This document shows positions 60,881 to 64,000 of a stretch of 64,000 bases of DNA, piece after piece. The notes below the pieces were generated by a model, which made no database searches, had not been told where the DNA came from, and saw only the letters and a list, made by a program, of their open reading frames with translations. Positions within the stretch are counted from its first letter, which is position 1. Each line of letters opens with the position of its first letter. Source of the DNA: Macrostomum hystrix (lineage: Eukaryota > Animalia > Platyhelminthes); assembly GCA_950097015.1 (NCBI GenBank), contig CATNEN010000038.1, positions 2,232,001-2,296,000 of the forward strand, written 5' to 3'. Made by a program: the position numbers and the translations under genes.

Positions 60881-61309
60881 TTGCTAACAACCTCTTAACT
60901 TGGCCACCTGGCAGAATCAGACAATGGTGCTTTGAAAGTGCATCAAAAATGTTGACCACGAGTTTACATTTAACAAAAATGTAGTAATGCTAGATCGCAA
61001 ATGTCAAAACGTACGAACCAGACTACAGGTTAATAATGCAAAAATGCCATATCAAAACGCAAATATTTAGAAACATTTGAAAATATTAAATTTGCTTTTA
61101 ATCTCATTGCGTGTAAAAACTTCCGACCGTTAGAGACTGTTTGATAACATTTTCTAAAACTCTATCCAAGCAGCATTTATATTCGTGGCACGCAATAACT
61201 CATGCAGTTACACTACATTTGTAGCCTGTCTGCAGTTCATACTAACACTTAAATACTCTAGCTTAGTACAATACTAGAGTGAAGTCTTGTCCAAACAGCA
61301 CTACTACCG

Positions 61310-62664
61310 CTACCTGCGACCTCCGCCGCGAAAGACAGAATTACGATTAGCAGTGCCAATGCTACTTCTGCTATTGCTATTAGTATTGTCGTTAGGAGGC
61401 GTGGCAGAGTCAGAGGCAGTCAGGTTTCTTGTGTACGGATGAAAGCGATTCACTGCGCCGATGTTATTAGCGAAGGCTGAACTGGCAGCGGAACTGGATG
61501 CTGGAGCCGCGGCTGTCAAAAATGCGTTACGCCTGGGCTGTTCAACAAGCAGTGGCTGCGGCTGCTGCTGCTGCTGAGGCGGCGGTTTCTGCGGAGGCGA
61601 CGTCTGCTGCGACATCAGAGGCTGCACTTTAGCCGTCGAGCCAGTGGCGTTTTTTAAAAAGCCACGAATACCATCAAGCCTTGGCGGGGGCGGTTGCTGG
61701 GACTGCTGCTGCTGCTGCTGTTGGTGCATTCCAACTGCGGCTGCCATGCTGGAACTGGAAGCCTGGCGCAGCTCAGACAGCACGCTGCCAACTGCGCTAG
61801 CAACATCTGGCGCCAGTTGCATCATCGACGAAGTTGAAGTGGTCACCAGAGATGGCGGAAGCATCGGTGGGGGCATTGTTGGCAGCGGTGGCGGCCGATA
61901 TTGAAAAGCCGGAGTCGAAGCCGAGGAGCTGCTGATGATGGCGGCGGACGGGAATCGGCCGGCGGTTGGATTGGAGACAGGCAGAAACTGCGGCGGCTTC
62001 GGCGGGCAGCCGCTGCCGCGACGTCTGCGAAAGTACATGGCGGCCAGGGGGCTGCACTGGCGCGGCCGCGGCACCGGATGATAAAACGAGTTCTCGAATT
62101 CGTACAGGTAGGCCTGGGGACGGTGTGGGCTGACAGAATTTAGCAAACAATAAATCACCAACTAACCAGCGATCTGAGGTACTGCTCAGACACCCAGTCC
62201 AGCACCAACTAACCAGCGATCTGAGGTACTGCTCAGACACCCAGTCCAGCACCAACTAACCAGCGATCTGAGGTACTGCTCAGACACCGAGTCCAAGCGC
62301 CCTGGCCGGTCCTCAGCAATGTGACAGTTGAATCCGGGACTGGGAGGCACAATGGCCATGTCCTTGGGAGTCACAGGAGTCACGCGTCGGATCCGGCCGA
62401 ACATAAATTTGAAGGCCACCAAGACGATCTGCTCGCCATCGTCGCCGGTCTCCAAGGCGGCCTCCTGAAGGCAGACGTCGCCGTGAACGCACAGATGAAC
62501 ACCGGCGATGCAATAGCCAAGCGAGTTTATAGGACAGAAGCGCACCTTCAGGCCTTCGCGAAGGGTAAGGTCAACGAGCTCTTCGCTGGCCGCTGCCAGG
62601 AAGCCGTAGTGAGTTGACATCTCCTCCTGGGCCAGGCCTAGGCGCGAGAATTCGGCGCACCGCT
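61310..62664 (-). CDS. DUF3715 (TASOR/TEX15-type pseudo-PARP) domain protein with low-complexity C-terminus; 5' exons unresolved
   Basis: EEMSTHYGFL..REGLKV..SLG...GVHLCVHGDV..VAFKFMFGRI..PSPGFNCHIA..|AYLYEF..RPRQCSPLAAMYF parallels TASOR ELSESYAFL..GL.VG..LG..GVYLS..DPTP..CHVS..Y.YE..RPRH.CPYA. Intron 62260-62114 is phase 0. Confidence 0.75.
62158..62296. repeat. 47-bp tandem repeat duplicating exon end + donor
   Basis: actaaccagcgatctgaggtactgctcagacacc at 62161, 62208 and 62255. Confidence 0.95.
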
Positions 62665-62732
62665 CTGCAGAAATGCAGGAGGCGGGGTGGACCATGTAAA
62701 TGATGGCGGCATAGACATCTGATGTTTAATTA

Positions 62733-63090
62733 TAGGTGCGGCAAGGTGATTGGCGGCATAGCTCTTTGATGTAGGAATGTAGGTGAGGTGCGGCAAGGTG
62801 ATTGGCGGCATAGCTCTTTGATGTAGGAATGTAGGTAAGGTGCGGCAAGGAGAGTGGCGGAATAGCTCTTTGATGTGGGAATGTAGGTGAGGTGCGGCAA
62901 GGTGATTGGCGGCATAGCTCTTTGATCTAGGAATGTAGGTGAGGTGCGGCAAGGTGATTGGCGGCATAGCTCTTTGATGTAGGAATGTAGGTGAGGTGCG
63001 GCAAAGAGAGGCGGCATAGCTCTTTGATGTAGGAATGTAGGTGAGGTGCGGCAAAGAGAGGCGGCATAGCTCTTTGATGTTGGATTGTAG
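62733..63090. repeat. 51-52-bp minisatellite, ~7 copies
   Basis: gcggcaaggtgattggcggcatagctctttgatgtaggaatgtaggtgaggt. Confidence 0.95.
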
Positions 63091-63589
63091 GTAGGGTGAA
63101 ACCAGAAACCTGGAGTAAGAGTAAAAGGCGACGGCTGATGGCGGCATTACCCTTTGATGTTAAACATGTAGGTGAGAAGGTTGAGGGTGGCACTGCTTTC
63201 TGACAGTCATTGAATATGAACATAAACGAATGCGCGGCGTAAAAACCGAAGGAAGATCAGGTTTCAATAGTCCCTGCTCAAAAAGATATAAATAATAAAG
63301 GGACTGACTAGCTACTTAGATTAGAGCGAGTAGAGGAAAACGGTAACCCCTTTGCAGACATGAGTGTCGCCATTAACTAAATACTAAAGTGTAAACCAAT
63401 CTAAAAAGCGCAAAAAAGAAAATCTTTGAGGTCGGAAGACCACGGCTACAATTCAAGTTTACTTCTTGTGTTGTTTTGCTAAACTATTAGCAATTTTATC
63501 ATTACTCAAATCCAACAATATCCCATCACCTCGACTGAAATCTCAAATCCCTTAAACATCCTGTTGACCGGTTGCCCAAAATTAAAATT

Positions 63590-64000
63590 ACAGGATAGCC
63601 AAACTACAAGCTTGTCAGAAATACAAAATGCGAGGATTCGTGTCACAGCTTGTCTAAAATCCCAGAATATCCTGATTACAGTTTGTCTAAAATCTCAAAT
63701 CCCAGGATGTCCTGATTACAGCTTGTGTTGAAATCCCGAATCCCATGATATACTACTTACAGTTTGAAATCTGGAATCCCAGGATGTCGTGATTAAAGTT
63801 TGTCTGAAATCCCGAATCCGAGGATGTACTGATTAAAGTTAGTCTGAAATCTGGAATCCCAGGATGTCGTGATTAAAGTTTGTCTGAAATCCCGAATCCT
63901 AGGATGTCCTGATTACAGTTTGTCTGAAATCCCGAATCCGAGGATGTCCTGATTAAAGTGTCTGAAATCCCAAATCACAGGATGCCCCGAATACAGTTTG
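63590..64000. repeat. ~40-bp degenerate minisatellite, running off the window end
   Basis: gaaatcccgaatccSaggatgtcctgattaMagtttgtct. Confidence 0.9.

Overview
Intron-rich eukaryotic (animal) genomic DNA. The GC-rich exons, poly-Q/poly-A proteins and minisatellite-filled introns resemble the flatworm Macrostomum lignano; this is inference, not verified. Recognisable genes: a PP2C-like (CG9801-type) gene (-); a glycyl-tRNA synthetase with an N-terminal presequence and no insertion 3 (+); a secreted protein of 12 tandem WSC domains, essentially one per phase-1 exon (-); an uncharacterised 6-exon gene (+); LIM-domain-binding protein LDB/Chip (-); a small membrane protein (-); an espin/forked-like protein (-); a secreted PAN/apple + C-type-lectin-like protein (-); and a DUF3715 (TASOR/TEX15-like pseudo-PARP) gene (-). 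Mobile DNA: a PIF/Harbinger element carrying only a Myb/SANT-like ORF, a dead piggyBac, mariner and LINE fragments, a probable solo LTR and two tRNA-derived SINE families. About 30 distinct tandem arrays occur, several of which duplicate the host gene's 5' splice site. Most long ORFs in the supplied track are repeat artefacts. No CRISPR, rRNA or intact tRNA genes were found. All gene models were spliced by eye and family assignments come from remembered motifs, not database searches.
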